A stretch of 64,000 nt of DNA from Tricharina praecox. Lineage: Eukaryota. Below, one piece after another: positions 24,918 through 38,541 of this stretch; position 1 is the stretch's first letter, and every line of letters begins with the position of its first letter. The stretch is from NCBI RefSeq assembly GCF_024521635.1, contig NW_026250414.1:744001-808000 (forward strand), given 5' to 3'. The notes beneath the pieces are model-generated. The model was not told the DNA's origin. It ran no database searches and was given only the letters and a program-made list of their open reading frames with translations. Position numbers and translations under genes: made by a program.

Positions 24918-26549
24918 TATCTTCAAGTTCCCGCGGGGAGGGGGAGGGAGAGGAGGGGGTTGACGGGGTGAAATCATCTGCTGGGAGGTGTCGGTTGTTT
25001 TTTGATTCTCTTTCATCTTCTCTTCCTGCGGGGTCACTGCTAAAGGTGTTGACATCATGATCTTGGGTGTGGGGGGGGGGGCTTTTTGTCTGTATTTACC
25101 GGTAGCGTTTTCTGTCCGCGTATTTCATGTTCTTGAATCTTCTTTTCCTGTATTCAATTTTTTGATATCTTCTTTTCTCGTCTTTCACGTGTGAGGGGCA
25201 GGTCCGCCGCTTTCATTCCTGAAAGTTGGTCTGTCAGCCTACTACCATCCGCCGCTTATGCAGCCGGCCTTATCAGCCAGAGCCAGAAGTTTGAATACCC
25301 ATTCTTTCCCTTCCCCTCTCCCGCCCCTCCCCACCCTTGCCGACCGGAATCGAAACCGCATTTACTGTGCTTCCGTGCATGCTGCGTTCTGCCTATCTGT
25401 AGGCATCCCATCCTATCCTGGCATCCTTTTTTTCTGGGGTTGGTCGAAGGCTTTTGATTTCTGTCAGAGGGTTCTTGTTGTGTATGGTTGGTAATCTGTT
25501 GATGGCCTATGAAGGGGAGCACGAGGAGGGGGGGCAGGAGGAGGAAGAGGGGGAGGAGGAAGAGGGGGAGGAGGAGAAGGAGGAGGAATAGGCGTACCAG
25601 GTTGCTTAGTCTGCGATATTGCTTTAGGTTTTTTTGTTGTTATTGTTGTACGCTCATTTTTTTCCGCGTAATTTTTTCAGCGAATAACCAAGCACTTTGA
25701 TAACTATCATAGTCATAACATGTATTTACCGGTTAATGGGTCAGCACTTTCCTGCCACCAACAGTGTCCGCCACTTCGGCCCCCTTTGAAATTTCAAAAC
25801 TCATGGATTTTTCTGCCTCATCGGTCTCACTGCATACGTAGATACAGTACATCGCATCGCTCACCCATCGGAGTGCACGTGTCACAACATGCCCATGGCC
25901 ACTTGCACGTATGTATGGTATGTGATGTATGTACAAATGTATGTAATGTATGTACGAATGTATGTACGGTCCGCACTGCGCTGCCGTGACTCGTCCGCCG
26001 CGCGAATCGAATCGTCCTCGAGCTGGTGCCGGGAGAGGAGTGAAGGCGTAGAGGCACATGCATGGCTGCGGTGGGTGAGTATGTGTCGGGAGGAGGGGGG
26101 AGAGACAGGCGGCGCAGGACCGGTTCGGCTAGTTGCATGTATACCGAAAATCCAGACGGATCACGCCGTTGGCTAAATTTTTCCGTCGATGTTGCTGTTG
26201 ATGTTGCTGTTGATGTTGCTGTTGATGTTGCTGTTGATACTGTTATTGTGATGGGCTTCCATGATTCGCGGCTCATTGATGGGGAGGAGGGGGGAAGTGG
26301 CTTTGGTTAGATACCGGCGGCGGTGGTTTCGTAAATTGTTTTTTCCCTCTGGCGGGGAGACGAATAGCGCTGCAGGTGCGAACCCAGCCTGGCCGGCTGA
26401 CGACCGATGTGAGGTTGAATTAGGTTCTCGACGGGGCAGAATTCCGAAGACGTGGTTGCTTGCTTTTTCGATAGTGCTTTTGCTTTCGTCCCAGCTTAGA
26501 TACCGGCGACGACTCGACTTTTTGAGAATCCGTCAGATCAGCTGTGCGT

Positions 26550-26870
26550 ACCGTTTTTGCAGACGGCTCTTTTGCCAACACCTCTCCAGGCCGGAGGCGA
26601 ATCGAGAGGAGAGTACACAGAAGAAAGAGGAGATAGGGGTTGATCGTCTACAGTATAGAGGATTATCGAGAGAGAAGAAGAAGGAGAAGAAGAAGAAGAT
26701 CGGAAGACCAAGAAGAGGAAGAAACCCCCGCCATGGCCGCCAACGTTGGAGCCCACCAATGTGGATGCCCACTACTAACCACATTCGATTTCTCCCGCCG
26801 ACAGGAGTCTCCTTCACTCTCTCCTCTGGCCAACAACTTCTCCTCCACTTCCTCCTCTCGCCGACAGCTC
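26550..26870 (+). repeat. Dispersed repeat copy 1 (5' end of a multicopy gene: ATG micro-exon, intron, exon 2)
   Basis: Matches 48490-48760 in direct orientation (TTTTGCAGACGGCTCTTTTGCCAACAC..CCCGCCATG..CAACGTTG..CTACTAACCACATTCG..CCCGCCGACAG); partial third copy at ~14998-15050. Confidence 0.85.
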
Positions 26871-29398
26871 CCCCTCTTCCCAACAACTCTTCCATCGTTC
26901 CGCCACACCGTATTTTTGTTGGTTTAAAGATTATTGATTGCTCACTTACGACCGACCAATCTTGTTCGTGGCAATATATAGTACGCACTCCGTTTCCCAT
27001 CCACTGACTGTCCAACCCGACTCTCGTCCAGCGGCCCGACGTGCGCTTCCCCTGCCCTCTGGCCTCTGGCCTTTCCCTGAAGATGTGTGCAGAGCGCACT
27101 AAGGAAACAAAGCTACCTATGATAAAAGGAAAGTTCGCTCCGCTCCTCACTCCGCCCGTCTCTCACAGCTATTCCAGGATAGCCGACCACGGGTTACGAT
27201 CTCCTCGACCGCACCATTGTCTGTGAAGATTCGATATCACATATCCCCCATCGCCACCCGACCAAAAAGCGCATCATCTCGTCTCCAGATCTGTAGCTGA
27301 GTAGATAGTACTTGGCGCACAACTGGCAAGTACTCTACACTTCTCCAGCTTCGGAGAAGCACAGCGTACAGCGCACAGCTTACTCCGATTCCGGGTTATC
27401 ACCACCCCCCGCAACCAGTGTACTGCACAGTAAAAACGTTGAACCTAGCCATCGGGCCCCCCGCCCCAGAAATCTGCTGGATTCCGCACGTCCCCCTGCC
27501 ATCGGGCTACATAGTTAAGTCTCGAGATAACGACTCGTTCCTCGTTCCTTGCCGGCCCGGTTCGAAATTTCTCATGTGCGTCCCGCGCGTGGTCGTGGCC
27601 ATCCGAAGACGGAGGCGAAAGGCGTGTGGTAGCGCCGTGGAACGCCGGTCGACGTTTGAGTCGCCGGTAGGCGCGATTAGGCTGCCGGTGGAACCGGCGA
27701 GGGTGTGTGCTAGGGTAAGTGCTGGGGTGCGGGGGTGGGGTGGGTGCATGCATGTGTGTGTGTGTAATATTTGTGTATGTGTGTGCGAGGCGGACGACGG
27801 CAGATGACTGGATGGGGGTTTTCTCTCTCTGTTGAGTGGAGGCGGGCGCACGGGTGCGGTTGGTACGGAGTAGGTACTCTACTTGATTACCTACTACTGG
27901 CCGCTGGCGGCGACGAGCGGTGGATTGCAGATATATGGAGTCGAGTACTCCGGTGGACTACCAACTACGCACTACTTGGATACTTGGGTACATAAGGCGG
28001 GAATTGGATGGATGGTACATTGGTACATGCTCCGAGTCTCTGAGTGACGAATCTCTGACTGCAGCTCGCTCAGCCCTCAGTGTGTGAAGTATGAAGTTTC
28101 CGACCTGCAGTACGTAGCGGTAGCGGGTGGAGTACTCTACCAGGTCTATCTATATAGGCTACCTAACATTTCGGCCGTACCCCGATTCTGACCTGTGTAT
28201 ATGTGTGTGTATGTATTTGTGGGGAGCGGAGTTATTTGCCGTGTATGTAGTATTGAGAGGTACCGCAAGGCATCTGCGGCGTGCAGTGCGCTCTTCAGAT
28301 TTCTGCCTGATCGATACGCACATCTCTTGCCACGGGTACAACACGTACAACAACACGGAACTAACCAAATATCGCAACGCATCTCATCCGCAATCCACAT
28401 GGAGGCTGGAGCGCCAAGGTTGTTGCAATTTGTATTCCACCACCCAACGACCAGCTGTATAATTGTCTAAACGCCACATTGCATTGCAGATGGACGGTGG
28501 CGGCGGACTTTTGCTTCCGGAGGGGGAGTCACTGTCCGCCAATTACTTAGGTAATTCGGTAGGTACTGTCCAACGCAAATTTATGCCCGCGTGCGGGTGA
28601 TAATCGAGTATCCAGGTAAGTAGCTGTGCTGTCGGAACTGTGGCTGGTTGGATTCGTTCCTGGTGCAGTATGGGAACCCCATGGACCATCGAGTCTCGAC
28701 AAGTACCGGTAGTACCAGAGCATTCGCCTGGTGGAGAAAAGCTCTGAGTAGTACGGAGCCGAATGGCTGGATCCTGATCTACTAATAAGATCTCCCTCCC
28801 TCCCTCCCTTCCTTTCCGACTCGTGATACGGTATGCTCGAGAACGAATGGGGTTCTACCCGCATCGGGGATGGAACCAGTGTCGAGTGAGGGGAGCGGTT
28901 AGATATGTACATCATACGGGGTTGTGCAGATATGTACTTCTTACTTACTTATATGCAGTCTGCGCCCGCCTGCGCCCGCCTGTGCTGTATGTTGAATAAC
29001 CTGGGGATTCTGTGGTTTGTGGTTTGTACGAGCTCGGAGTACTACTACCTAGGAGACTACTATCTACCGTTTACCGTTTTGCTTTTGATGTTGTGGGTGG
29101 AGGTGGTGGTGGTGGTGGTGGTGGGCTGTAACACGCGCGTTCGCTGGAGGGGTCTCACGCAATATACATCAGACATGAGGATGAGGAGAGGGTTGAACAA
29201 AGGCATCGTGCTCGATCCGTGGCAGTCCAATCAAGCACCCAGGTGTGTAGGAAGGTATAGTTATTTCCATTCAAGTCTCTGTCCCGCGTCCCACTACTAC
29301 CTGGGCTACGACTAGATATCCTCATGACCCATCTCAGTGTTTGCGCCAGTGCAATCGCCACTCTCCGCTCGCTTTCTGTTCCGACCATCCACTACCGA

Positions 29399-30142
29399 CT
29401 ACAGGTTGGCGTACTGAGGAACCTTCCCCAAGACGTTGTAGCGCTTGCTGAAGAAAGTGAACCTGTTGCGTTGCGAAACCCGTCAGCTCCGTGCCGGCCA
29501 AGTCAAGTCAAGTCGGTCGGCGGGATAGTAGTTACCAATCTTCCAAAACCTGCTTCTCTTTGGGTCCGAGGTCGTTCCACTGGGGCACGGCATCCTCCTG
29601 CTTCACCGAGGACTTCGCCAGGCCGCGGGATGCATCTTTACCGGCAAACACTAATCGGGCGTGAGCTTTGTGATCTCTCTCGCAGACGAGGGCAGGGCTG
29701 CGTTGCGCTTTTCCGTACCGTTGTAAGATCCTCCGGGGAGATAGCTCTTGTTGCCCGAGACGTCGAAAACTACGCCCTATTCCAAAACACTCCAGTCAGC
29801 CTGAGAGTCGTCGAGAAATGTGCGGCTGAATGACTGCTTGACTCACCTTGATGGCTACCCAGACCTTATTGGGGTCGGATCCTGTATATGTTTCCCCGGT
29901 CAGTCACCTGTCAACGCAGCAGCAGTGGACAAGCTTTAGATAGCGACTGGCCGGCGCGCCAGCCGGCCGATGGTAAGTCTGGAAGGAACGAAGCGATGAT
30001 GGGCTACGACAAGCCGGTGGAGAGAGAATGGGAGTTTACCGTCTGCGGTCGCAAGCTCCTCAAGAGAGATTGGGTCGTCCTTGGGCGGGTTGAGGCTAAC
30101 CGGCGTCTTGGGATCAAAGTTCTTGGGTTCGGGGGCAGACAT
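29399..30142 (-). CDS. Cytochrome b5-like heme/steroid-binding protein (MAPR/Dap1-related), 124 aa; exons 30142-30040, 29881-29847, 29776-29719, 29650-29536, 29462-29399
   Basis: Spliced product MSAPEPKNFDPKTPVSLNPPKDDPISLEELATADGSDPNKVWVAIKGVVFDVSGNKSYLPGGSYNVFAGKDASRGLAKSSVKQEDAVPQWNDLGPKEKQVLEDWFTFFSKRYNVLGKVPQYANL; four GT-AG introns, total 375 nt in frame. Confidence 0.93.
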
Positions 30143-32149
30143 GGCGTTCTGTATTTTTCTTCTTTTTCTTGCTCTTTTTTTTTTTGCTGTGCTGTGGTGC
30201 GGTTGAGTGATCGAGAGTTGCTGGCTGTCGTTGTCGCGTAGGTAGCTGGAAGACGAGAATGGCTTTCGGGAATGGAATGGAGGCCCGGGTGGTCATGGTG
30301 GGTGGTGCGGGGGAGGCAGCAGCTAGTGGTGGGTAAGCGCCAAGACGAGAATTAGCGAGGCTCATGACAGCCCCCGCTGCCCTCAAGCCTCGGGACCGTT
30401 ATTGGCCGGGATTATACTCTAATTAACCTTCAATTCAATTTATCGCATTTGTATTGACACATCTCGAATTCCATCACTGGCGAACAGTGGAAATTATTTG
30501 TAAAAACACCTTATCGTCGCATGTTCAATTCATGGGGCTGACTTTCACCATCGACTTTTTTTTTGCCGTTTTATGTACCTACGCCATCCAGCCATGCAAT
30601 GCAGCACATGGCACGGGCTGGGCTGGCCATCTGTCTGTCTGTTGTTGGAGTTCGAAGATCTTCTACTCTGGGCAAAAGCAAGTAAGCAAGCCAGAGTCCA
30701 GACAGGCGGGCAGATGGTCCACGTACGCTCCTTTTGTCCGTCCTGCCGAGCCAGTTGTGCTCAAGTGGGAAATTTACAGATTTGGCAGCCTATCGTGGAG
30801 GAAAAAAGGCCCGAACAATAACTCACCACTAACTAGAGTATATAACTGTTCGAGGTGGTGGCAGTCGCTCCCCACGGACGCCACGGCTGCAGAACCCGGC
30901 ATCGAGGAAGATCTCGATCCCCCGTCATGTACGTTGCGTTGCGTTGCAGCCATGAAAAATAAATTCTCCGGCCACTCAGGGCCGAGTGCATTTTTGCCCC
31001 CCCTTCCGCCCGTGCCGACGTGGATGCACTCATGGCGTTTGTTTGGACGCCCGTCGATATATGTCCACATCCCTCCTCACCGAGGAAGGAGATATCACAT
31101 TTATATATCCAGTCCGCATCGCATAAGGATTCACTTACATACATACTTCCTTAGCTTGCTTGCGCGCTGCTAGATCATACCTCCCTAAGTACCTATAATA
31201 GTACTTACAGTCGGACTCCGAGACATGACACGGCAAGGGTGAGGAGGAGGAGCCGTTCTGGACCGCAGCACACTCAGCCGCACAGTACACACCACTAGTT
31301 ACTGACCGCTATCCGATCACCGATGAACCAATCCACCGTAGATTCACAGGTCGCCGATGTCGCAAGGCCCAGCTATCTACAAAGGCGGATGCGACACCCC
31401 AAAGTTCCTATTCTAGTGCTAGCAATGCCGAGACGGAAGGCAGTATACAACTACAGCCACAGCCTCTTCCTGTGCTGCTGCAGGGCCGCGACTATGCACG
31501 GAGAACAAACGAACAGTGAACACAACTTCCACTTCACACCTTGCGGTCAACCGAAACAGAACGGAACGGAACTTAAAGATATTGGCATACCTATTGCTAT
31601 CCGTCGGTCAAGACAAGCGATGTACCTACCGGCAGTGAGACAAGCTTGCTCGACTCGGCTCGGCTCTGAGTCATGAGTGAGTCCCCTGGTTTTTTTGTTC
31701 TGTTTGACGGTATGTACTCGCCTGTCAGCCCATCTGCTATAGACTACCGGTGTTGCGGCGTAATTTTTTGCCCGTTTTCTGTCTACGGTCCAGATCACTG
31801 GCTCGATGTTGAAACCCCGTCTTCCACGCCTTCCATTTGGTACTATATACTATATAGTGAGCTCCCAGACTTGGTGTCGACGGTGTGGTGTTCCCGTCGT
31901 CGGGTGATAACTGGTGAAGGGCCTCCGAACGCTCGAGCTCCGGTTCATCTTTCGCAGAGGAGTAGATGATCGCAGCTAGCTTAGACAGAGAAGAGCACTT
32001 ATCCGTAAGAAGCGCTCTATGGTACACGGGCGGAAATGCGGTCTTCACAGAGAGTACTAAGAGACCGAGCCGAGAAAATTTCTGGAAATAGAGACCGCCG
32101 CACCGATTACATCATCGAACCGGACGTCCAACTCCGAGCAAGGCTTGAC

Positions 32150-32730
32150 TCTCCCCGGATGATCACTGGAAGTGGAACGGAACGTCGGGAACAAGAATCC
32201 TGCCTGGATATGAAAAGAAGGGGTTGATAGTTCTTCGGCAACTCATCCGTGGACTCGGGGGCATCGGGAAAGGCCGAGTTGCAGTGGACGGGCAACCATC
32301 AGAAAACACTGCGCTTTTTACACAATAGGATCTTGGATTCCACCTTTGAGAACCCCCAGTGCGTACATACGGCGACGAGGCACACGAAGAGCTACTGCGG
32401 CTATGTACTAGTACAAGGCGATTGTTTGTTCGTAGTGGATGATTCGAGAGGCTGCCGGGCCAAGGTATTATACAGAGCGCACAGTGAGCATAGGTACAAC
32501 ATTCTTTCATTGGGGGGTGATTGAGTAATTCAAATGCTACCAAGGGCGGAGCTGAGCTAGTTGTCATTATGATAGATTGATAGTGTTGGTTCTGTGTCGG
32601 TGCGGGTTGTCATGCCTCATTGCGTGGATGGAACCTTGGAAAGTTACAATCCTACATAATCCGCACCGGTACCCCCGGCAGCGTCTTGCTCGACAAGTGT
32701 GCAGAGGATATACAAGTCTCATCTGATACT
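32150..32730 (+). pseudogene. Degenerate NB-ARC domain (fungal NLR-type) pseudogene
   Basis: LIRGLGGIGK at ~32242-32271 (Walker A of the GLGGIGKT type), frameshifted E-L-A-V, later YTIGSWI, ELVVIM..WF, VDGT, KLQSYIIRTGTPGSVLL; motif order and spacing fit NB-ARC; many indels and stops. Confidence 0.5.
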
Positions 32731-35700
32731 GTAGAGTACAGTGCTAATAAATCATCCGCTGCTTCTTTTCCAAGCGTTTTCAGTTACGAATTATGTTTCC
32801 CGAGTGACTGTCTATAAATATAATTCCACGGCAATGCTCGCACCACCCCGCGGCTGGAAGCGAAGTGGAGACTGAGCAACTACAGGTATTAATGAAAACA
32901 GAAGGCTAGCAATCTCTATTAAATCTCTTCGACTTCCCATGCTATCGTCAGTACATATGTACATATATAGGTTCAGTTTCTTGTTTTTGTTTTTGTTTAA
33001 GCATTGATTGCATGAAACCTGTAGATACTATACTATTATAGCAATACACACACTGTGACATTCCGTTTCAACTTTTCACGCCGGTATCCTAGGTAGGTAG
33101 TCCAACACGCCTTTCAACACGCGGCCCGATGTGCCGTCCGCCACCCTCCGCTTCGGCTCGGTACTACTATTTAGGAGAGCACCAAGAAACTTGGTAGGGA
33201 TTGGGAAGATTCAGTAGCCCAAGGCTATCTTGATTCTCGACCTCGCAAAATGCCGAGTGATATGTCGCGCATGCAGATTGAACCTCACGAGTCACAAACT
33301 ATCACTCCCCACGCGGCATCCGTTCGCCGCGAGTGATGCTAAGCCCCCTGGGCAGCTTATGTAGCTGTATCGGTCTCTACTAGTAGTAGTTGAGTGGCTA
33401 GTGGACTCGCGATGCGTGGGTACATTCGTGGTCAAGCATATTCCCAGTGATCGGCCATGAACTTGGAGTGGAACGGCTTGGAATAGGTACAGCCGGTGCG
33501 CACGACTCCGTACTGGTTCTGGTTCGTAGCGGTCTCGGCCGGTACCGTGCTATGCTGTAATATAGTTAGTTCGAGAGGGGTAGGGCAGGCGCTGTTCTCG
33601 CCCGACGGATATTGCTGTCGTATTGGGTTACATTATCATACCAGAAACACGGATTTTTTCACCGTGGCGATGCGATGTAGTTACTCCTACTAGTAGTTGC
33701 CATTCTTTTTTAGACTCCCGAGGGGTCTTGGGCTCCGCAGTACCTACTCGAGCTTTCTTGACGCTCCCACGCACAAACTACTTGAGCTTCGGCGGGTGCG
33801 ATGAGAGAGAGAGAGAGATCTTCAATTTATTTCGCATGCAGCCTTTCTAACAGCGGGTGCGATGCGTGCAGTGAGCTCGTGACCGGTGGTTCGGTGTGAG
33901 TGATCGAAAGAGACCACCTACGTGCCTACCGTATCGTGAGTATCTTCCGGCGAGTCGCTTTCGTTATTTCTTCAGTCACTAGTTACAGTATCTTGCCGGC
34001 GGGGAGAAGAGGATTTAGAGGTGGTATTATTGAGCACCTACTACCTAGGACTCGAAGACGGGAGCCCATAGTCCAATACTTACCTACCGGTGCCTGCAAA
34101 ATAACAAACTATGGTACAACTTCCAAGATGGGCGAATGCCGAGCGCGCACATAGCAACATCGAATCACACATGAAAACTCGGTTCGATTCTTTGGCCACT
34201 AACTGTGTACCACCAGATATTGAATAACCACCTAGCCCCGCCTCGCAACGATCGGAAGACGGAAGAGCAGTCTCACCATGCACCCACCCCTCAAAAACAA
34301 GATAACTAACGTCTCGTAGGTATGTGTATCGCCACTCAAGCGCAGCTCCCGCACCACCACCAAGACGACGATCCACTGCACAGCCGGACTCCGGACCAAG
34401 TGCACATCGATCATAGAGCACCGATGCCCAGGGGTGGTTGGAGAGACTCTCGATCTCCAGAGTACCAGTAACTAGTCTGCCCATTGGGTGCGTTTCGCTC
34501 GCATCGCTCGCATCGCATCAGCGCATCGCGGTTCATCGCCGAGAGACCGCCACGAGACCGCGCGGTGCGCGCTACCCACCGGTGAATTTCCGTGGCGGCT
34601 GGCGCAAAATACCTGACGCGACCTGAACTCAAGTTTCGGATCCACAATTGATACTACAGCATCTGTGTAGGCAGGTAGGCAGATGGTTCAAGCTCTGCGA
34701 GCAGCTCCGTCGGACGCATCTCAAGCTCACGTCCAGCCACCACCACCACCACCACATTCTAGATACTCCCAGCTCGCCGCCAAGCGACAGTGCGTATGCC
34801 CATGATACTCGTGCCTTCGGCGCCCCCAAAAGTTCCACCCAACCGCGAGAGTCTCGCTGCGATGCATCGGCGCCCCTAGAGTATGTAGAGTACTATAAAT
34901 TAAACTCTTGACTCGAGAGTGCTCCATCACGCGGACCTCTCTCCAGTAGATATCTTCATGCTCTAGGAATTTCTTCAGATACTAGCTGGTAGTTACCAAC
35001 CGCCATTCAGTGCCTTACTAGCAGTCCACTTCGTTTCCCAGACTCCACCGGGTGTCCGTCCAGGCTTCGTCATGCATCCACACCAGCAGTTCACGTTTGG
35101 GGGGCAATATTATAGGTATGCACAGGAAGGTATCTAGCCTATGTAGGCACCGTATGTGTGTAGCGAGGTGGATACCGTATCGCGATCGGGCGCTTTCACA
35201 AGATCTTGTCTGGATTCTGGAACTCTCACGACCTTTAGTCAGTCAGTCAGCAGTCAGCAGCTAGGTATCTACCTAGAGAACCCAAGTATCCACCCCTCCC
35301 CCTCCGACCCGACCGACCGGTCTCGCCGGTCTCGCCGGGGGGCCCGTTTCGCGACCACACATCCGATACCTTCCACCGGTCGAGTGCCACAGAACGCCAA
35401 TTACTAGTACCTAGCTATCTACCCAATCAGCAGCGCCGAGGGGAAACCAAACTGAAACAATTCGACACAGCCAGGCCAGCCCCAGCAAGCCAGCCCCAGC
35501 AAGCCAACCAACACGAGCTGTGGGCACTGGGTGGTGGCGAGACATGCAAATGTGGACTCTGGAGAGCCGAACTTCCACAGAGCCAACCACAGCAGCACGC
35601 AGAAACGATGCGGATGAGTTTCCCCCCGCAGTCGGAATCGCAGTCGCAATCGCGGCGCTGGATGGATGGATGGAGGAGTGGCTGCAGCTTGCGGGTCTGC

Positions 35701-37189
35701 GGGTCTGCGGTGTGCGCTGCAGATCATCCCGCGGTAATTGCCGATTCGTGTAGTAACAATGGCATGGGAAAGTGAAGCGCAAATAAAGTAAAGTGAAGTG
35801 AAGTGAAGTTTGGCGACGTGAAGTGAACTGAACTGAAGTGCAAATAAAACCGTGCTACATAGAGTAGAGTACCTACTATTAGTAGCAAAAGCCAGGTCGG
35901 GAAGCCAGCGGGAGAAGTTGGAATGAATGCGAATTGCCAATTGCCAACCCGCTCCCATCGGATTCTCCATTGCACTCGAATTTAAACTTGAATTTGCACT
36001 CGAATTTAATGAGATCCAACTACCTGCTAGTTATCGTACTACTACTACTAGCCATTAGATATCCGCGCGCCAGCCTGACCTGCTATCCACCTCTACTAGA
36101 GTAGAGTACCTATACATACTACCTATACTACCTATACTGCTCTACTACTACATAGTACTCCACTATTCTATAGAATACCTCCATAGGTCGTGGGGAGGAA
36201 ATTTAGGCTTCTTATTTACGGCACAACCGATCGCGGTCTACGCACCGTAGCTGGCACCCGCTGGGCCGCTTCGACGTGGCCGAGGCTCGAGCTATCACGC
36301 CTAGCACCTTTTAGTAGCCAGAGCAACATCGCGATTTCGAAAATCGGGCATCTGCGCACCTGCTCCCCAACGCCAACGCCATTGGCTTCCGCAGTTCTCG
36401 CCGCACATCTCCCCTTCCCATCCCGTTCCCCCCAAGCGCCAACACCAACGCCAACGGCTTCCGCAGTTCTGGCCGCCCTTCAATCAAATTAAACACTGAC
36501 TGACAGCCCGTGCCGCTATCAGCCTCGTCTCGTTTCGCGACGCAGTGGCTCGGCACACTTGTCATATAATGTAGAGTAGGTACCTATTATGTTTGCTTAT
36601 TATGTTTGCTTGTCTGTCTGTGTATGATAGGAAGCAACCCGGGACAGTGGGAATGTAATTTGCGCTTGTTGGTAGTTAGTTGGCAGTTAGTTGCAATTAG
36701 TTAGTTGGAAGTAGTTACCGGGTTAGTTGGCAGGAAACGAAACGCTTATTCTCCCCTTTCCTCCGAAGCAGAAGCCGAAGCAGAAGCGGAGGCAGAAGAA
36801 GCGGAGGCAGAAGCAAAAGCAGAAGCGGGAGGAGGAGGAGATGGAAAGTACCGGCATACCGGCATTGAGTATAGCATTACACACGCTATTGCTACTCTAT
36901 CGTTCCGGAGACTACGTATAAAAGTAGTAATATAGCTACCTCGGCCGGAGAAGTTAGAACTGATTGGAACATAAAGTTGGTTCCAGAAAAGAAAATAAAA
37001 CAACAAATCCCCTTTTCCTTTTCCCTTTCCATTCCCTTCCCTTCCCCCATCCCCTCCCAGCCTCTTCGCTGGCCGTAACTGCTAGTAAGTAACTGCTAGT
37101 ACTAGCACTCCATAGGCGAGAGCGAGAACGCCGCGCAGCGGTGCACGGTCCTAGACCTCTGGCCAGTCAGCCCGCCAAGCATTTCCCAT

Positions 37190-37815
37190 TAGGGGTAATC
37201 AAAGTGCGGTGGTTTGCTAGCTCAGTGGCTTTTTAGCGTGCTGATTTTGGCCAATGAGGACGAAGACACTTTGATTCCCCCAGTTGGGTTTGTCGGTGGG
37301 TTTGTCGCGATCACTAGTCTGCGACGACATGCAAAAAAAAAAATCTCCTCCGAATCGTCACTACCACCAAGTCGCTGTTCGATTCTCAAATGTAATGTGC
37401 TTAGGCGTTGCAATACCCGTGCTCTCTTCTATGTACAAGGCATTGAGGCAGTACTACGGAGTATTTTGTACTGAGGGTTGGACAAAAGAAGAAGTCGTGA
37501 CCATCTACGGCACCAAGAATGCCAGCTGTGGTGGTAACGACTTTTGGTGTGTGGCGCCGTACGATTACACCCCGCCCTGTGGCGTTGTTTCGTTCCCCCT
37601 CAGTACAAACTTCAAAGGACAGAGCAGAGTTTCTTTTATACACACCGCCGCCGAGCCGACACCAAAAATTCTAACCATCTTTTATCTAGTGAGGCTTCCT
37701 TAGCTCGGTGGTGGGTTCGGTGGGATCGGTGGCTTTGCAAAGGCCAATAAAAATCCTTCCTTTCTAGCGGGCGAAACCACCGAGCTAGCAAACCACCGCA
37801 CTTTGATTACCCCTA
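37190..37815. mobile_element. Non-autonomous TIR DNA transposon (MITE-like, possibly hAT), 626 bp
   Basis: 39-bp terminal inverted repeats with 1 mismatch: TAGGGGTAATCAAAGTGCGGTGGTTTGCTAGCTC(A/G)GTGG at 37190-37228 and 37777-37815; subterminal CGGTGG repeats near 37700-37735; no clean TSD. Confidence 0.88.
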
Positions 37816-38541
37816 TTCTTTTTTTCTTCTTTTTTCCATCCCCCACACCAACAAGGGCTGAGCAGCAGGGAGAGCCAGGAGACGAAACAGGGCTCGGGCC
37901 GCTTCTTGACATGCCAAGGCCCCGGTGTGTCTCGACGCGGGAACGAACGAATTAACGATGCCAAACTAATGGACTAATGGCCGCCCGCGTTGGGATACCT
38001 TATTTTGACCTGAAGTCTGGCTACAACTAGGGGGCGGCAGCGGGCGGCACTGCAATGCGATGGACACTACAATACGATGCTTGTATGGTGAGGCGAATAA
38101 CCACACACACACATTTTTCTCACGAATACACTCACACATGAATACAGACACGTATGATACGCACACGCACACACGCCGCAATGCACACACATATCTACAG
38201 TTAGATACTAGTACTATACACACCCACACACTCTCTTTATTTTCAACTTACATAGAGTAAGTAAGGATAAATTGAAAGATTTGGAGGAAGAAAAAAACTT
38301 GAAACCCCCCCTGAAGACCGGAGCAACTTAAACCATGGAGTGAAGGATAGTGGCAAAGAGAAAACCGTCGAGGTCGAACAAAAAAAAATAAAGGGAAAAG
38401 AAAAGGAAAAGAAACCCGGAAGATGTATGTAAAAGAATGCACAGAAATAAAATAATTTTTATAAAGGGAAAGAAGAAAAAAAGAAGTGGAGGCAATGCAA
38501 TAGAAATGATTGAATGAATGAACGAATGAACGAAAGAAAGT

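Noticed and set aside
24498-25058. 186-aa minus-strand ORF over the microprotein
   Set aside because: Antisense shadow; promoter, leader, splice and motif evidence favour the + strand 57-aa ORF
34100-34430. Two branch-point/acceptor-like signals (ACTAAC..CAG, ACTAAC..TAG)
   Set aside because: No coherent spliced ORF could be built; may be chance or a lncRNA
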